From Candidatus Rokuibacteriota bacterium (GTDB lineage: Bacteria; Methylomirabilota; Methylomirabilia; Rokubacteriales; CSP1-6): a stretch of DNA of 64,000 nucleotides. Positions 42,658-54,817 of the stretch are shown piece after piece. Every line of letters begins with the position of its first letter. Position 1 is the stretch's first letter. Below the pieces are notes generated by a model. It was not told where the DNA came from, made no database searches, and saw only the letters and a list, made by a program, of their open reading frames with translations. The position numbers and the translations under genes are program-made. The stretch spans positions 292-64,291 of the forward strand of contig QHSA01000130.1 of assembly GCA_003220315.1 (NCBI GenBank), given 5' to 3'.

Positions 42658-42755
42658 CTCGCCCCGGACGGCGGGGACTCGATCACAGGCTCGCCTCGCC
42701 TACGGCTGCGGCTCGCACTGCGGCCCCGCGCGATCCAAAGGTCCGCACTACCACC
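42658..42755. repeat. ~98-bp GC-rich dispersed repeat (same family as 31128-31224) between rpsB and argJ
   Basis: gctcgccccggacggcggggactcgatcacaggctcgcctcgcc...ggtccgcac aligns with the 31128 copy along its full length. Confidence 0.6.
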
Positions 42756-42783
42756 GAAAGCGCGCGGCGTGCGTGATGGTGGA

Positions 42784-44001
42784 CTACGTCGTGTATTTGG
42801 CGTTGATGCGCACGTACTCCTCGCTCAGGTCGCAGGTCCAGACGCGGTCCTCGCCGCGGCCGAGACCCAAGTCGATCGTGATCTCGTACTCCCCGCCCCC
42901 CATGATCTCCCGGACGCGCTCCAGGCGCACGCCCTCGCGCAGCAGGCCGCGCTCGACGACCCGCTCGCCGCCGAAGGCGATGGCCACCTTGTCCTGCTCG
43001 ACCCGCGCCGGGGACTTGCCGAGGGCCATCATGATCCGCCCCCAGTTCGGGTCGGCGCCGTTGAGCGCGGTCTTGACGAGCGGCGAATTCGCGACGCTCC
43101 GGGCAGCGCGCAGCGCGTCGCGCCGGCTCGTCGCCCCTCGCACGGCGATCGCGACGAGCTTCGTCGCGCCCTCGCCGTCCGCGACCAGCGCCCGCGCGAG
43201 CCGCTGCATCAGCGCCTCGAGGCCGGCGGCAAACTGCGGGAGCCCCCGCCCCCGCTCGAGGGGTCGGTTCTCGGCGAGCCCGTTGGCGAGCACGGCCACC
43301 GTGTCGCTCGTGGACTGGTCGGCGTCCACGGTGATGCGGTTGAACGATCGGTCCACGGTCCGCCGCACCACAGCCGTGAGCGCCGCCGGCGCGACGACCG
43401 CGTCGGTCGCCGCGAAACAGAACATGGTCGCCAGGTGGGGCTCGATCATGCCGACACCCTTCGCAATACCGCCGATCGTGACGGCGCGACCGTCGATTTC
43501 GAGCCGGAGCGCCGCTTCCTTCGGCTTCGCATCCGTGGTGAGGATCGCCTCGGCCGCGGCGCGCCCGCCCTGGGGGGAAAGCGACTTGGCGAGCTTCGGC
43601 AGCGCGGCGCGGACCTTGTCCATCGGCAGCGGGACGCCGATGACGCCCGTCGATGCGACCAGGACGTGCGTCGCGGGAATCCGCAGCAGCTCGCCGACGA
43701 GCCGAGTCATCTCACGGGCGTCGCTGATCCCGCGCTCGCCCGTGCACACGTTGGCGCAGCCGCTTGAGGCGACGATCGCCTGGGCCTGGCCGCCACGCGC
43801 GTGCTCCATGGAGACGAGAACCGGCGCGCCCTTCACCTGGTTCGACGTGAACATCACGGCGGCGCGCGCGGGCGTCGACGAGTAGATCAGCGCGAGGTCC
43901 TTCTTGCCGCTCGGCTTGATGCCCGCCGCCACGCCGCCCGCGAGGATCCCGGGCACCGCCGTGACGCCGCCCTCAAGCCACTCGACCTCCGCCGGCGCCA
44001 T
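42784..44001 (-). CDS. argJ: Bifunctional glutamate N-acetyltransferase / amino-acid acetyltransferase
   Basis: ...ATMFCFAATDA...; trimmed to MAPAEVEWLEGG. Confidence 0.9.
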   Translation of the reverse strand: MAPAEVEWLEGGVTAVPGILAGGVAAGIKPSGKKDLALIYSSTPARAAVMFTSNQVKGAPVLVSMEHARGGQAQAIVASSGCANVCTGERGISDAREMTRLVGELLRIPATHVLVASTGVIGVPLPMDKVRAALPKLAKSLSPQGGRAAAEAILTTDAKPKEAALRLEIDGRAVTIGGIAKGVGMIEPHLATMFCFAATDAVVAPAALTAVVRRTVDRSFNRITVDADQSTSDTVAVLANGLAENRPLERGRGLPQFAAGLEALMQRLARALVADGEGATKLVAIAVRGATSRRDALRAARSVANSPLVKTALNGADPNWGRIMMALGKSPARVEQDKVAIAFGGERVVERGLLREGVRLERVREIMGGGEYEITIDLGLGRGEDRVWTCDLSEEYVRINAKYTT

Positions 44002-44005
44002 CGCG

Positions 44006-45073
44006 CTAGGGGTACACCGGTGGCGCCTCGAGTCCCGCGCGCTCGGACCAACCGAACATGATGTTGAGGTCCTGGACGCCGTTGGCCGCCCCCCCTTTGC
44101 CGAGATTGTCGATCGCCGACAGGCACACGGCGCGACCGGTCCTCCCATCAGCGACCACCGTGACGTCGCAGTAGTTCGAGCCGACGACCCCGCGCGTCGT
44201 CGGCCGCTCGCCCTCGTCCAGCACGCGGACGAACGGCTCGCCGGCGTAGGCCTCGCGGTAGACGCCGAGGAGCTCGGCCGTCGAGAGTGTCGTGGTGAGG
44301 GGCACGGAGGCGGTGGTGAAAAGCCCGCGGTTGAGCGGGACGAGGTGGGGCGTGAAGGCGACGCGGAGGGGAGCGCCGGCGAGCGCGCCGAGCTCCTGCT
44401 CGATCTCGGGCGTGTGGCGGTGGCTCGCGATCCCGTACGCCTGCACGTTCTCGTTCGCTTCGGTGTAGAGGTACATCGGCTCGATCTTCCGGCCCTGCGC
44501 CCCGGCGCCGGTCACGCCGGACTTGCCATCGACCACGATGCCGTCGAGGCGCGCGAGCCCGCGCTTGAGCAGGGGCGCCGTCGCGAGGATCGCGCCGGCC
44601 GGGTAGCACCCCGGCGACGCCACGAGCGGCGCGCTGGCGATCGCCTTCCGGTGGAGCTCGGGCAGACCGTAGACCGCCTCGGCGAGCCCGGCGAGATCGG
44701 TGTGCGGCGCCTTGTACCACGTCACGTAGTCGTTCGGGTCGCGCAGCCGGTAATCGGCGGAGAGGTCGATCGCCCGGACGCCGCGGCGGCGTAGGACCGG
44801 TACCACGCGCTGCGACTCGAGGTGGGGCAGGGCGAGGAAGACGGCGTCGGCGATCCCGGCGAGCCACTCGGCGTCGAGGTCGTGGAAGGCGAGCTCGGTC
44901 AGCCCACGCAGATGCGGATACGCGCGCCCGAGCAGCTCGCCGGCGAGCCGCTCCGAGGTCACCCCGGTGACGGTAATCCTGGGATGGCCCAGCAGGAGCC
45001 GCAGGAGCTCGGCCCCCATGTAGCCGCTCGCGCCGGCAACGGCAACGCGCACCACGTCACGCCGCTTGGGCAC
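44006..45073 (-). CDS. argC: N-acetyl-gamma-glutamyl-phosphate reductase
   Basis: VAVAGASGYMGAELLRLL...SPGCYP. Confidence 0.9.
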   Translation of the reverse strand: MPKRRDVVRVAVAGASGYMGAELLRLLLGHPRITVTGVTSERLAGELLGRAYPHLRGLTELAFHDLDAEWLAGIADAVFLALPHLESQRVVPVLRRRGVRAIDLSADYRLRDPNDYVTWYKAPHTDLAGLAEAVYGLPELHRKAIASAPLVASPGCYPAGAILATAPLLKRGLARLDGIVVDGKSGVTGAGAQGRKIEPMYLYTEANENVQAYGIASHRHTPEIEQELGALAGAPLRVAFTPHLVPLNRGLFTTASVPLTTTLSTAELLGVYREAYAGEPFVRVLDEGERPTTRGVVGSNYCDVTVVADGRTGRAVCLSAIDNLGKGGAANGVQDLNIMFGWSERAGLEAPPVYP

Positions 45074-45471
45074 TAGCGCTTCGAATACTGGAACTTTTGC
45101 CGCGCGCCGGGTTGACCGTACTTCTTCCGCTCGCGCATGCGCGGATCACGCGTCAGGAGCCCCGCCTTCTTGAGCGGCAGCCGGAGCTTCTCGTCGAACC
45201 GCGCGAGCGCCCGGGCGATGCCGTGGCGGACCGCGCCCGCCTGGCCCGTCGGGCCGCCGCCACCCACGGTGGCGATCACGTCGAACTGGCCGATGGTGTT
45301 CGTCACCTGGAGCGGCTGTGCGATGATCATGCGCAGCGTTTCACGCGGGAAGTAGTCCTCGAACGCGCGTCCGTTGACAGAGATGCGCCCGGCGCCGGGG
45401 CGGATCCACACCCGGGCGACCGACGTCTTGCGCCGCCCGGTCCCATAGAACCTGTCGAGCACTGCGGCCAT
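45073..45471 (-). CDS. rpsI: 30S ribosomal protein S9
   Basis: [19 protein letters not shown]... Confidence 0.95.
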   Translation of the reverse strand: MAAVLDRFYGTGRRKTSVARVWIRPGAGRISVNGRAFEDYFPRETLRMIIAQPLQVTNTIGQFDVIATVGGGGPTGQAGAVRHGIARALARFDEKLRLPLKKAGLLTRDPRMRERKKYGQPGARQKFQYSKR

Positions 45472-45920
45472 CAGCGGACCTCCGACTTGGTGGACGCGGG
45501 CATCACGACCGGCTGCTGCGCCTGGTGGGGATGGGCGGCGCCCCGGTAGACCTTGAGCTTCTTGGCCATCGCCCGGCCGAGCCGGTTCTTCGGCAGCATC
45601 CCCTGGACCGCCCACTCGATGACGCGCTCGGGATGAGTCTTCAGCATGGTCTCCGCGCGCACCTCACGCAGGCCTCCGATGTACCCCGAGTGCCAGCGGT
45701 AGACCTTGTCGCGGAGCTTCCGTCCCGTGAGATGGACTCGTTCGGCGTTCACGACGACGACGTGATCGCCCACGTCGAGGTGCGGCACGAAGTTCGTCTT
45801 GTGCTTTCCGCGGAGGATTGACGCGACGCGACTGGCCAAGCGACCGAGGACTTGACCCTCGGCGTCCAGGACAAACCACTTCCGCTCGATTTCACTCTCC
45901 TTTGGCATCGGCGTCGGCAT
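45471..45920 (-). CDS. rplM: 50S ribosomal protein L13
   Basis: [19 protein letters not shown]... Confidence 0.95.
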   Translation of the reverse strand: MPTPMPKESEIERKWFVLDAEGQVLGRLASRVASILRGKHKTNFVPHLDVGDHVVVVNAERVHLTGRKLRDKVYRWHSGYIGGLREVRAETMLKTHPERVIEWAVQGMLPKNRLGRAMAKKLKVYRGAAHPHQAQQPVVMPASTKSEVR

Positions 45921-45976
45921 TCTATCCTCTCGACGGCTCTAAGTGGGCGTCCAGACAGAAAAATTCGCAACGATCT

Positions 45977-46005
45977 ACTCTATTGGAAAACGCGTGCGCT
46001 GTCAA
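45977..46005 (-). promoter_or_regulatory. Putative sigma70 promoter for rplM-rpsI (TTGACA-N17-TAGAGT)
   Basis: Minus-strand read is cgTTGACAgcgcacgcgttttccaaTAGAGTagatc; the -35 overlaps the nth stop codon. Confidence 0.4.
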
Positions 46006-46658
46006 CGAATCCTGGTCTTATCGGGCCAGGGACAGAGCGTGCGGACCGGGCAGACCGGGCACGCTGGCTTCCGTGCCGAGCAGGCGCGGCGCCCGTGAGT
46101 CGTCAGGAGGTGGGTCGTCAGGGTCCACTCCCGCCGGGGCAGGACGTTGACGAGCTGGTCGTGGATCTCGTCGGCATCCTCGGAGCGCGCGAGCCGCAGA
46201 CGCTGGGAGACGCGGAAGACGTGGGTGTCCACGGCGATCGCCTGCTGGTCGAAGGCGTTACCGAGGACGACGTTGGCCGTCTTGAGGCCGACACCCGGCA
46301 GCGCCGTCAGCTCGTCCCGCGTCCGAGGCACCGCGCCGCCGTGGCGCTCGACCAGCGTCCGCGCCATGCCGACGAGCGCGCGCGCCTTGGCGCGGTAGAA
46401 GCCCGTCGAGTGGATCTCGCGCTCGAGCGTCGCGAGGTCGGCCTGTGCCCAGTCACGGGCCGTCCGGTACTTCGCGAAAAGCGCGGGCGTCACCATATTG
46501 ACCCGCTCATCGGTGCACTGAGCCGCCAGGATCGTCGCGACGAGGAGCTCGAGCGGGTTCGAGAAGTCGAGAGCGATTCTGGCGTCGGGATACGCCTTCC
46601 TGAGCGCGCGGACGATCTTTCGCGCGCGCGCGCGCTTCGCCTGCAGTGACTCCCGCAT
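46002..46658 (-). CDS. nth: Endonuclease III
   Basis: HhH-GPD motif LTALPGVGLKTANVV; FeS Cys cluster CSARKPACPVCPVRTLC. Confidence 0.9.
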   Translation of the reverse strand: MRESLQAKRARARKIVRALRKAYPDARIALDFSNPLELLVATILAAQCTDERVNMVTPALFAKYRTARDWAQADLATLEREIHSTGFYRAKARALVGMARTLVERHGGAVPRTRDELTALPGVGLKTANVVLGNAFDQQAIAVDTHVFRVSQRLRLARSEDADEIHDQLVNVLPRREWTLTTHLLTTHGRRACSARKPACPVCPVRTLCPWPDKTRIR

Positions 46659-46670
46659 CGAGCTCTCCCG

Positions 46671-48827
46671 TCAGGGGCCGGCGGCGATGCGGATGGCGTC
46701 CGGCGTGATCTCGACCCGACCGACCTCGAGCCGGACGGGCAGCCGGCTCGCCAGCCCCAGCGAGGGATCATACCCGCGAACCACCCAGTCCACGAGCGAG
46801 CCGGGAAGCGGGACGCCACCCACGCGGACTCGCTCGAACGCCACCGCGAAGGGCCGGTCGCGCGACGGCACGAGGCGGACACGCGCGGTCACGTCGGGCC
46901 CCGGCTGTGCCGCGGCCAGCACGAGCGCGCCGGGCTCGAACGTCACGGACGCCCGCTTGAAGCCCTTGAGCTGCCGGAGGAACTCGTTGAAGTCCGCGGC
47001 CAGGATCGTCGCCCGCTCGAGTCGCACCAGGCCGGCGTCGAGCGGATTGAGCCGGCCGTCCGCGTACGCGCTGAACGGGTTCACGAGCAGGTCGTCGACG
47101 CCGAGCTGGAGGTCGCGGACGCGCGCGAGCGCGGCGTTCCGTCGCGTGAGGTCGCCGACCGTGGCGCGTGCCGCGCGCAGCTCGACGCGCGCGATCCGGC
47201 CGCGGAGGATCGCGTCGTCGTACGTGAGCCGGATCTGCAGACCTTCGACGTCTCGCGCGACCTCGCCGAGGCGGGCGCGGATCGCGCGCTCGACGGCACG
47301 GGCCATCACGGCCGGTCGCACGGTGGGCCCGGTATCCTCCCGACGCGCTCGCACCGTCGCGGTCGAGCCGTCCGGCAGCGGGAACTCGCCGATCACCGGA
47401 AAGACGCGGGCCAGATGGGGATCGTGGGCGAGCCGCTCGGCGATGCGCCGTGGGCGCTCGGCCGTCCACGACGGCCCCTGGTTGCCGGACTTCAACACCA
47501 TGTATTCGATCCCGACAGGCTCCCCCTCCCACGCGCGCCCGACCTTGAGCCGAAGTCCGTCGCGGAGCGCGTAGTAGCGGAAGTTGCTCGCCGAGAAGAA
47601 GTTGTCGTTCGGCACGACGCTGACGGTGGCGGGCGCACCGCGGCTGTCGAGGGCGAGGAGGGCGAGGATCTCGCGGTGGCGCCAGTCGCCGCGCACCGGG
47701 GGCGTCTCCACCACGAAGGGCACGTCGAGCAGGGGAACCGAGACGTGCGGGACGCCGAACACCGTCGCGCTCACCTGGACCACCCCGGCGACGATCAGCA
47801 GCACGCGGCCGCCGTCCCGCAGGCGCGCCGGGAGCGCGCCGAAGCCCAGGCCCGCGAGGACAGCGGCGACTGGCAGGAGAGGCAGCGTGTAGCGAAGATT
47901 CTTGTTCTGGAGGAGCTCGAAGAGTGCAAACGCTGGCAGGACCGACGCGAGGAGGAGCCAGTGGCGCCGCCGGGCGGCCACGCCGAGCCCGAGGACGAAG
48001 AGGAGGACGGCGACGAGCCCGAGCTGCGTCGGGAACCAGCGCGGGTACAGCATCAGCGCCGCAGCCGTCAGCGGCTCGGGGTGGCCCGACTCCGCCGCCT
48101 GTCGGAACGAGCGGCTCGCGATCTCGGGGGCCAACCCGAGAAGCCGCGGGCCATACCAGGGCAGACCGAGCCCGCCGCCGATCAGCGCGGCCAGCGCGAG
48201 GTTCGCGAGCGCGCGGCGCGCTCGGATCCGCGCGGCGACCACCACGAGCGGCGCCAGCACGTAGGCCGCGAACGGCGGCTTGGTCAGCATGCCGAGCCCC
48301 AGGACCAGGCCGGTCGCAACGGACCAGCCACGATGCTCGAACGTGTCGGTGCGGAGCAGGACGACGAGCATTAGCGCGACCATTGACGCGAGCGGGAGGT
48401 CGAGCTGAAAGCGCAGGGACGAGAAGACGACGAAGGGGGCGGTGGCGAACACCAGCGCCGCCACGACGCCCTCCGTCGCTCCGGCGAAGCGGCGCGCCAG
48501 CACGTAGACCGCGCCCGTGCCCAGTCCGAGGAAGGCCAGGACGACAGACTGAGCCGCGGCGACGTCGGACGGGGCGAGCCGGTACGCGAGCCCGGCCGCG
48601 CAGAGAACGAGCGGCGGATAGAACGACGAGCGCTCGAGGATCGCGGGCAGGTCGCGGCGCGCGAGGTCGCCGGCGCAGCGCACGGCGCGCTCGAGGTGGT
48701 TGGCGTGGTCCCACTCGGGCGGACGCCGGTCGAGCGCGAGCCAGACGGCCGTGACCGCGACCACCACCGCGAGGATCGCCCCGACCGGCGCCACCTCGCG
48801 CCCCCACCCCGACAAGGCACGCATCAT
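46671..48827 (-). CDS. Polytopic membrane GT-C glycosyltransferase (ArnT/PMT family 39-like) with a ~240-aa C-terminal soluble domain
   Basis: More than 10 predicted TM helices (AILAVVVAVTAVWLAL, LLASVLPAFALFELL, ...); N-proximal loop RRPPEWDHANH; start coupled to the methyltransferase stop. Confidence 0.7.
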   Translation of the reverse strand: MMRALSGWGREVAPVGAILAVVVAVTAVWLALDRRPPEWDHANHLERAVRCAGDLARRDLPAILERSSFYPPLVLCAAGLAYRLAPSDVAAAQSVVLAFLGLGTGAVYVLARRFAGATEGVVAALVFATAPFVVFSSLRFQLDLPLASMVALMLVVLLRTDTFEHRGWSVATGLVLGLGMLTKPPFAAYVLAPLVVVAARIRARRALANLALAALIGGGLGLPWYGPRLLGLAPEIASRSFRQAAESGHPEPLTAAALMLYPRWFPTQLGLVAVLLFVLGLGVAARRRHWLLLASVLPAFALFELLQNKNLRYTLPLLPVAAVLAGLGFGALPARLRDGGRVLLIVAGVVQVSATVFGVPHVSVPLLDVPFVVETPPVRGDWRHREILALLALDSRGAPATVSVVPNDNFFSASNFRYYALRDGLRLKVGRAWEGEPVGIEYMVLKSGNQGPSWTAERPRRIAERLAHDPHLARVFPVIGEFPLPDGSTATVRARREDTGPTVRPAVMARAVERAIRARLGEVARDVEGLQIRLTYDDAILRGRIARVELRAARATVGDLTRRNAALARVRDLQLGVDDLLVNPFSAYADGRLNPLDAGLVRLERATILAADFNEFLRQLKGFKRASVTFEPGALVLAAAQPGPDVTARVRLVPSRDRPFAVAFERVRVGGVPLPGSLVDWVVRGYDPSLGLASRLPVRLEVGRVEITPDAIRIAAGP

Positions 48828-49603
48828 CGCCGCGCGACGACGAGCAGGGAGGCGCCGAACGGGAGCGTCACACGCGGGACGAGGTGACGCTCCAGTGCGA
48901 ACATCCACTCGAGCCATCGGTTGATCGCGGGCGAGGGGCGGCGGAGATCGTGGCTCGCGTCCCTCCGGAGCCGCTTCCACGCGCGCGTCAGCGCGACGGC
49001 CGGGAAGAGGAGCGTATTGAAGTAGCTCGCGTGGACGACGGCGAGTTCCGCGCGCTCCACCACGCGGGAGAGCTCACGTGCGGTGTAGCGACGCCGGTGG
49101 CCGAGCGCGACGTCGTGGCCGCTCCAGAGCCAGCGATAGGCCGGCACCGTGATCACGAGCAGGCCGCCCGGCCGCAGGGCGCGGCGGGCCGTGACGAGCG
49201 CCGCCACGTCGTCGTCGAGGTGCTCGAGGACGTCGAGGAGGAGCACGGCGTCGGCCCAACCCGGCTCCACGACGAGGTCCCCTGGGAGCCGGCCCGGCCG
49301 GACGTCGAGGCCGGCGGCACGCGCCGCCGCCGCAAGATCCGGATGCGTCTCCATGCCGACCGCCATGCCGAACTCGGCGAGCGCGGCCAACACGTTGCCG
49401 GTACCGCACCCGAGCTCGAGGAGACGAAGCCGGCCGGGCGGGAGCACGCGCCGCAGCGTCGCGAGCAGCACCGCCAGACGCCCCCGGAACCACCAGTGGC
49501 GCCGGTCCTCCTCGACGTGGGTCGCGACGTACGCGGGATCCATGCCGCTCACACGCTCGGCCCCCCGGCGCGGGCCGGTCGCGGGACGCCCGGCGGCGCT
49601 CAC
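48824..49603 (-). CDS. Class I SAM-dependent methyltransferase
   Basis: Motif I LLELGCGTGNVL; GTG start overlapping the aminotransferase stop. Confidence 0.8.
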   Translation of the reverse strand: MSAAGRPATGPRRGAERVSGMDPAYVATHVEEDRRHWWFRGRLAVLLATLRRVLPPGRLRLLELGCGTGNVLAALAEFGMAVGMETHPDLAAAARAAGLDVRPGRLPGDLVVEPGWADAVLLLDVLEHLDDDVAALVTARRALRPGGLLVITVPAYRWLWSGHDVALGHRRRYTARELSRVVERAELAVVHASYFNTLLFPAVALTRAWKRLRRDASHDLRRPSPAINRWLEWMFALERHLVPRVTLPFGASLLVVARR

Positions 49604-50757
49604 CGTTTCGCGGTGAGGAACCGGCCGAGGCGGGCGAGCCCCTCGCGGATGCGCTCGAGCGACGCGGCGTACGAGAATCGCAGGTATCCCTCGGCGTTGG
49701 CACCGAAGGCCGCGCCCGGCGTCACCGCCACGTGCGCCGCCTCGAGGATCTCGCGCGCGAGGCGCACCGAGTCCGTGCCGAGGTGGCGCGCGTTGGCGAG
49801 GACGTAGAACGCGCCCGTCGGCTCACAGGCCACGCCGAGCCCCAGCGCCCGAACGCCTGCGAGCATCGACCGGCGCCGCTCGTCGAAGCGGGCGCGGAAG
49901 CGGCGGCGCTCTTCCCCCGCCTCGCGCAGCGCGGCGACGCCTGCCCACTGGACGAACTCGCTCGTCGAGATGAAGAAGTTGCCGTAGAGCGTCTGGAGCG
50001 CGCGGATCCGGTCGCGCGGCGCGATCACGTAGCCGAGGCGATAGCCGGTCATCGCGTACGCCTTGGAGAAGCCGTTGAGGACGAACGCGCGGTCCGTGAA
50101 CTCGAGGATCGTCCGGTCGCGCCCCTCGTAGGAGAGCCCGTGGTAAATCTCGTCGGAGACGATGAACGGCCCCCCGCCGCGGGCGAGCGCCGCGATCGCC
50201 GCCAAACGTTCCGCGGACAGGACCGTGCCCGTCGGATTGGCCGGCGAGTTGACGACGATGGCCTTCGTGCGCGCGCCCAGATGTTCCCGGATCGCCTCGG
50301 GGTGGTACTGGAAGCCGTCCTCCTCGGTGACCCCGACGTAGACGGGCCTCCCCTCGGCGTAGCGGATGAAGTTCGGGTAGCAGGCGTAGTAGGGATCGCT
50401 CAGCACGACCTCGTCGCCCGGGTCGAGGAGGTGGCCGAAGAGGAGGAGCATCGCCGGCGAGGTCCCCGCGGTCACGAGAATCTGGTCCGGCGACACGTTG
50501 ACGCCGTAGGTCGCCGCGTAGTGCTCGGCGATCGCCTCGCGCAGCGGAAGGATGCCGAGGCTGTGCGTGTAGCGCGTGCGGCCGTCCTTGACCGCCTTCT
50601 CGACCGCCTCGCGGATCACCGCGGGCGCCTCGAAGTCCGGCTCGCCGAACTCGAGATGCACGACATCGACGCCCGAGCGCTCGAGCGCCTGCGCCCGCTC
50701 CCCCATCTCCACTGCGAGGAACGGCTCGATCTCCTGGATCCGCCGCGCGAAGCTCAC
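49600..50757 (-). CDS. Class I/II PLP-dependent aminotransferase (AspAT-like)
   Basis: ...NSPANPTGTV...SFSKAYAMTGYRLGY (PLP-Lys); GTG start after a GGGGAGG SD, overlapping the GT2 stop. Confidence 0.85.
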   Translation of the reverse strand: MSFARRIQEIEPFLAVEMGERAQALERSGVDVVHLEFGEPDFEAPAVIREAVEKAVKDGRTRYTHSLGILPLREAIAEHYAATYGVNVSPDQILVTAGTSPAMLLLFGHLLDPGDEVVLSDPYYACYPNFIRYAEGRPVYVGVTEEDGFQYHPEAIREHLGARTKAIVVNSPANPTGTVLSAERLAAIAALARGGGPFIVSDEIYHGLSYEGRDRTILEFTDRAFVLNGFSKAYAMTGYRLGYVIAPRDRIRALQTLYGNFFISTSEFVQWAGVAALREAGEERRRFRARFDERRRSMLAGVRALGLGVACEPTGAFYVLANARHLGTDSVRLAREILEAAHVAVTPGAAFGANAEGYLRFSYAASLERIREGLARLGRFLTAKR

Positions 50758-51472
50758 CGTCGCCTCCCCGCGTGAAGTCTCGCCATGACGATCTGCCAGA
50801 ACATCCCCGGGCCGTGTCGGAACACCCCGACCTTGCTCCCCGGCTGGTCGGCCCAGTTCACCGGGATCTCGACGACACGATACCCGGCAGCCTGCGCCGC
50901 GAGAAGCAGCTCGACGTCGAAGCCGAAGCCCCGCGTCCGGAGTCCGACGAAGAGGCGCTCCGCCGCGGCGGCGCTGAAGACCTTGAACCCGCACTGCGAG
51001 TCGGCCACCGACCGGAGGCCGAGCCGGGCGACGAGCCAGTTGAAGACTCGGCCCGCCGCGACCCGATGCGGCAGCGCGGCGACCGACACGGACGGGTCGA
51101 CCAGGACGCGGGAGCCGATCACGACGTCTGCGCCGGCCAGGAGCGCGGGCTCGAGCCGCTTGACCTCGGCGATCGGCGTCGCACCGTCCGCGTCGGTGAA
51201 CAACCGGTAGACACCCCGGGCGGCGAGCATGCCCGCTCGCACCGCCGCGCCCTTTCCCGCGTTCACCGGAAGCCGCAGGAGCCGCACGGACGCGAGCTCA
51301 CGGACGCGCGCTTCGACGAGCGCGGGCGTGTCGTCGGTCGAACCGTCGTCCACGACGATGACCTCGTACGGCTCACCGCGGCCCTCGAAGAACGAGACGA
51401 CGTCGTCCAGGTAGGATGGCAGGCGCCGCGCCTCGTTGAACGCCGGGATGACGACCGACCAGTGCGTCGCCG

Positions 51473-51476
<4 letters not shown>
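50754..51476 (-). CDS. Family 2 glycosyltransferase (polyprenyl-phosphate sugar synthase; DPM1/ArnC-like)
   Basis: VVIPAFNEARRLP...VVDDGSTDDT...TDADG (DXD motif); GTG start overlapping the malic enzyme stop. Confidence 0.85.
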
Positions 51477-52906
<1,430 letters not shown>

Positions 52907-53202
52907 CCTCCGCCTTCTACCCCCTCGGCCTGACGGCTGTCAAACCGGCCCCGGCGAGGCCCCCCGGGCACCGGGGTTGAGGCCGACCCGAAATGGAGAC
53001 TTCTTCTCCTGGCTCATCGAAGCAAGCCTACCAGGGCCCAATTGTCACGGACCCTGAATAGATGGGGCCGATCGCCCGGTCAGACACACGCGTGAGATCC
53101 ATCTGAGGGAAATACCCTCGGAATTTTGAGGGTTGTGCCGGAAACGCCTTCGCGGATTTTTGCGTCATAACTATTGAATCCAAAGAGGGAAGCGGTGACA
53201 GG

Positions 53203-54696
53203 ATGACATTCAGGGAAGGTACTCGCGAAGTCGATGCCGGGGCCACGGCTGCCGCTCCGGGCGCGGTCACCAGCCCCGAAGAGCCCGAGACGCCCGTCGC
53301 CCTCGGAGAGGAACCCGAGGACACCCCGCGACCCGAGCCCCTGGAGGCCGGCGCGGCTCCGCGTGGTGAGGATCCGGTCCGCCTCTATCTCAAGGAGATC
53401 GGCAAGGTCCACCTGCTGACCGCCGCCCAAGAGGTCCAAATCGGTCGTCGAATCGAGGTGGGCCAGATCGCGCTCCGCCGCACGCTGGCCGGCATCCCGA
53501 TGGCCGTCGAGACGCTCCTCGAGGTGAGCGATCGGCTTCGCCGGGGCGAGATTCCCCCCGACGACGTCATCGTCCTGGCGGAGGGAGGCGAGCTGGACGC
53601 GAAGCAGCTGCGGCCGGTGCTGCTGGCCTTCGGGCGACTCCGGAGGCTCCAGCGGAAGATCGCGGAGCTCCAGGATTCGTTCGGCGACAAGCGCCGGTCG
53701 AAGGCGAGCCGGACCATCCGAGCGAAGGCGATCGCGGCGGCCCACGAGGCAATCCAGAAGGTCGTGGCCGACCTGCCGCTCAAGCCGGCGCTCGTCGATG
53801 ACGTCGTGGCCCAGGTCCGCGGGCGCTGGGAGCGCATCAGCCAGCTCGCTGAGGAGGCGCGCCGGAACCAGCCTACCGCCGGCCGCGAGCTCCGGGAGCT
53901 CGAGCGGGCCGTCGGCCTGCCGCGCCGGCAGCTGGGCCAGCTCCTCGAGCAGATCGAGCAGAGCGACCGCACGGTGCGTCAGGCCAAGCGAGAGCTGATG
54001 GAGGCCAATCTCCGACTGGTCGTCTCCGTGGCCAAGCGCTACCTGGGCAGCGACCTGTCGCTGCTCGACCTCGTCCAGGAGGGCAACATCGGGCTCATGA
54101 AGGCCGTCGACCGGTTCCAGTACCGTCGCGGCTTCAAGTTCTCGACGTACGCGACGTGGTGGATCCGCCAGGCCATCACGCGAGCGATCGCCGACCACTC
54201 GCGCACGATCCGGATCCCCGTCCACATGGTCGAGACGCTCAACCGGATCTCCCGGGTGAACCGCGGCCTCGTCAACGAGATGGGGCGCGAGCCCACGCCG
54301 GAAGAGCTCGCTCAGCGGACCGGCGTGCCGGCGAAGAAGGTGCGGCTCATTCTGGAGTCGTCGCGGAAGCCCCTGTCGCTCGAGACACCGATCGGCGAGG
54401 ACTCCGAGCTCGGTGACTTCCTCGAGGACAAGTCCGCCGGCTCGCCGAACGAGTCGCTCCTCAACCAGGACCTGACGACGCAGGTTGAGCGGGCGCTCTC
54501 TACGCTCTCGCCCAAGGAGAAGGAGATCCTGCGCCTGCGGTTCGGCATCGGCGAGGAGGGCGAGCACACCCTCGAGGAGGTCGGCAGGCGCTTCGCGGTC
54601 ACGCGTGAGCGCATCCGACAGATCGAGGCCAAGGCGCTCCGAAAGCTGCGGCACCCGCTGCGCGGCCGCAACCTTCGCGCCTTCGTCGAGAACTAG
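53203..54696 (+). CDS. rpoD: RNA polymerase sigma factor RpoD (sigma-70)
   Basis: Acidic N-terminus; region 2 [37 protein letters not shown]; region 4 [29 protein letters not shown]. Confidence 0.95.
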   Translation: MTFREGTREVDAGATAAAPGAVTSPEEPETPVALGEEPEDTPRPEPLEAGAAPRGEDPVRLYLKEIGKVHLLTAAQEVQIGRRIEVGQIALRRTLAGIPMAVETLLEVSDRLRRGEIPPDDVIVLAEGGELDAKQLRPVLLAFGRLRRLQRKIAELQDSFGDKRRSKASRTIRAKAIAAAHEAIQKVVADLPLKPALVDDVVAQVRGRWERISQLAEEARRNQPTAGRELRELERAVGLPRRQLGQLLEQIEQSDRTVRQAKRELMEANLRLVVSVAKRYLGSDLSLLDLVQEGNIGLMKAVDRFQYRRGFKFSTYATWWIRQAITRAIADHSRTIRIPVHMVETLNRISRVNRGLVNEMGREPTPEELAQRTGVPAKKVRLILESSRKPLSLETPIGEDSELGDFLEDKSAGSPNESLLNQDLTTQVERALSTLSPKEKEILRLRFGIGEEGEHTLEEVGRRFAVTRERIRQIEAKALRKLRHPLRGRNLRAFVEN

Positions 54697-54701
54697 TCAG
54701 C

Positions 54702-54732
54702 ATCGGGGGGAGCGAGCGCCGCTCCCCCCGAT
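54702..54732. terminator. 13-bp perfect GC stem-loop (atcggggggagcg-agcgc-cgctccccccgat) between the convergent rpoD and the DinB_2 operon
   Basis: Direct inverted repeat with no U-tract, so likely a factor-assisted or GC-type terminator. Confidence 0.55.
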
Positions 54733-54817
54733 ACCCCCCACCCGTCACCCGCGGCGGTGCGCCCGCACCTCGGTTGCGCGGGCGAAGCCCGCGCTCGAAG
54801 GCGCCCGGCCTCCGCGG

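Noticed and set aside
52907-53202. rpoD promoter and regulatory elements in the lower-GC divergent intergenic region
   Set aside because: Several weak -35/-10-like hexamers are present, but none has convincing spacing. I could not assign a promoter with confidence.
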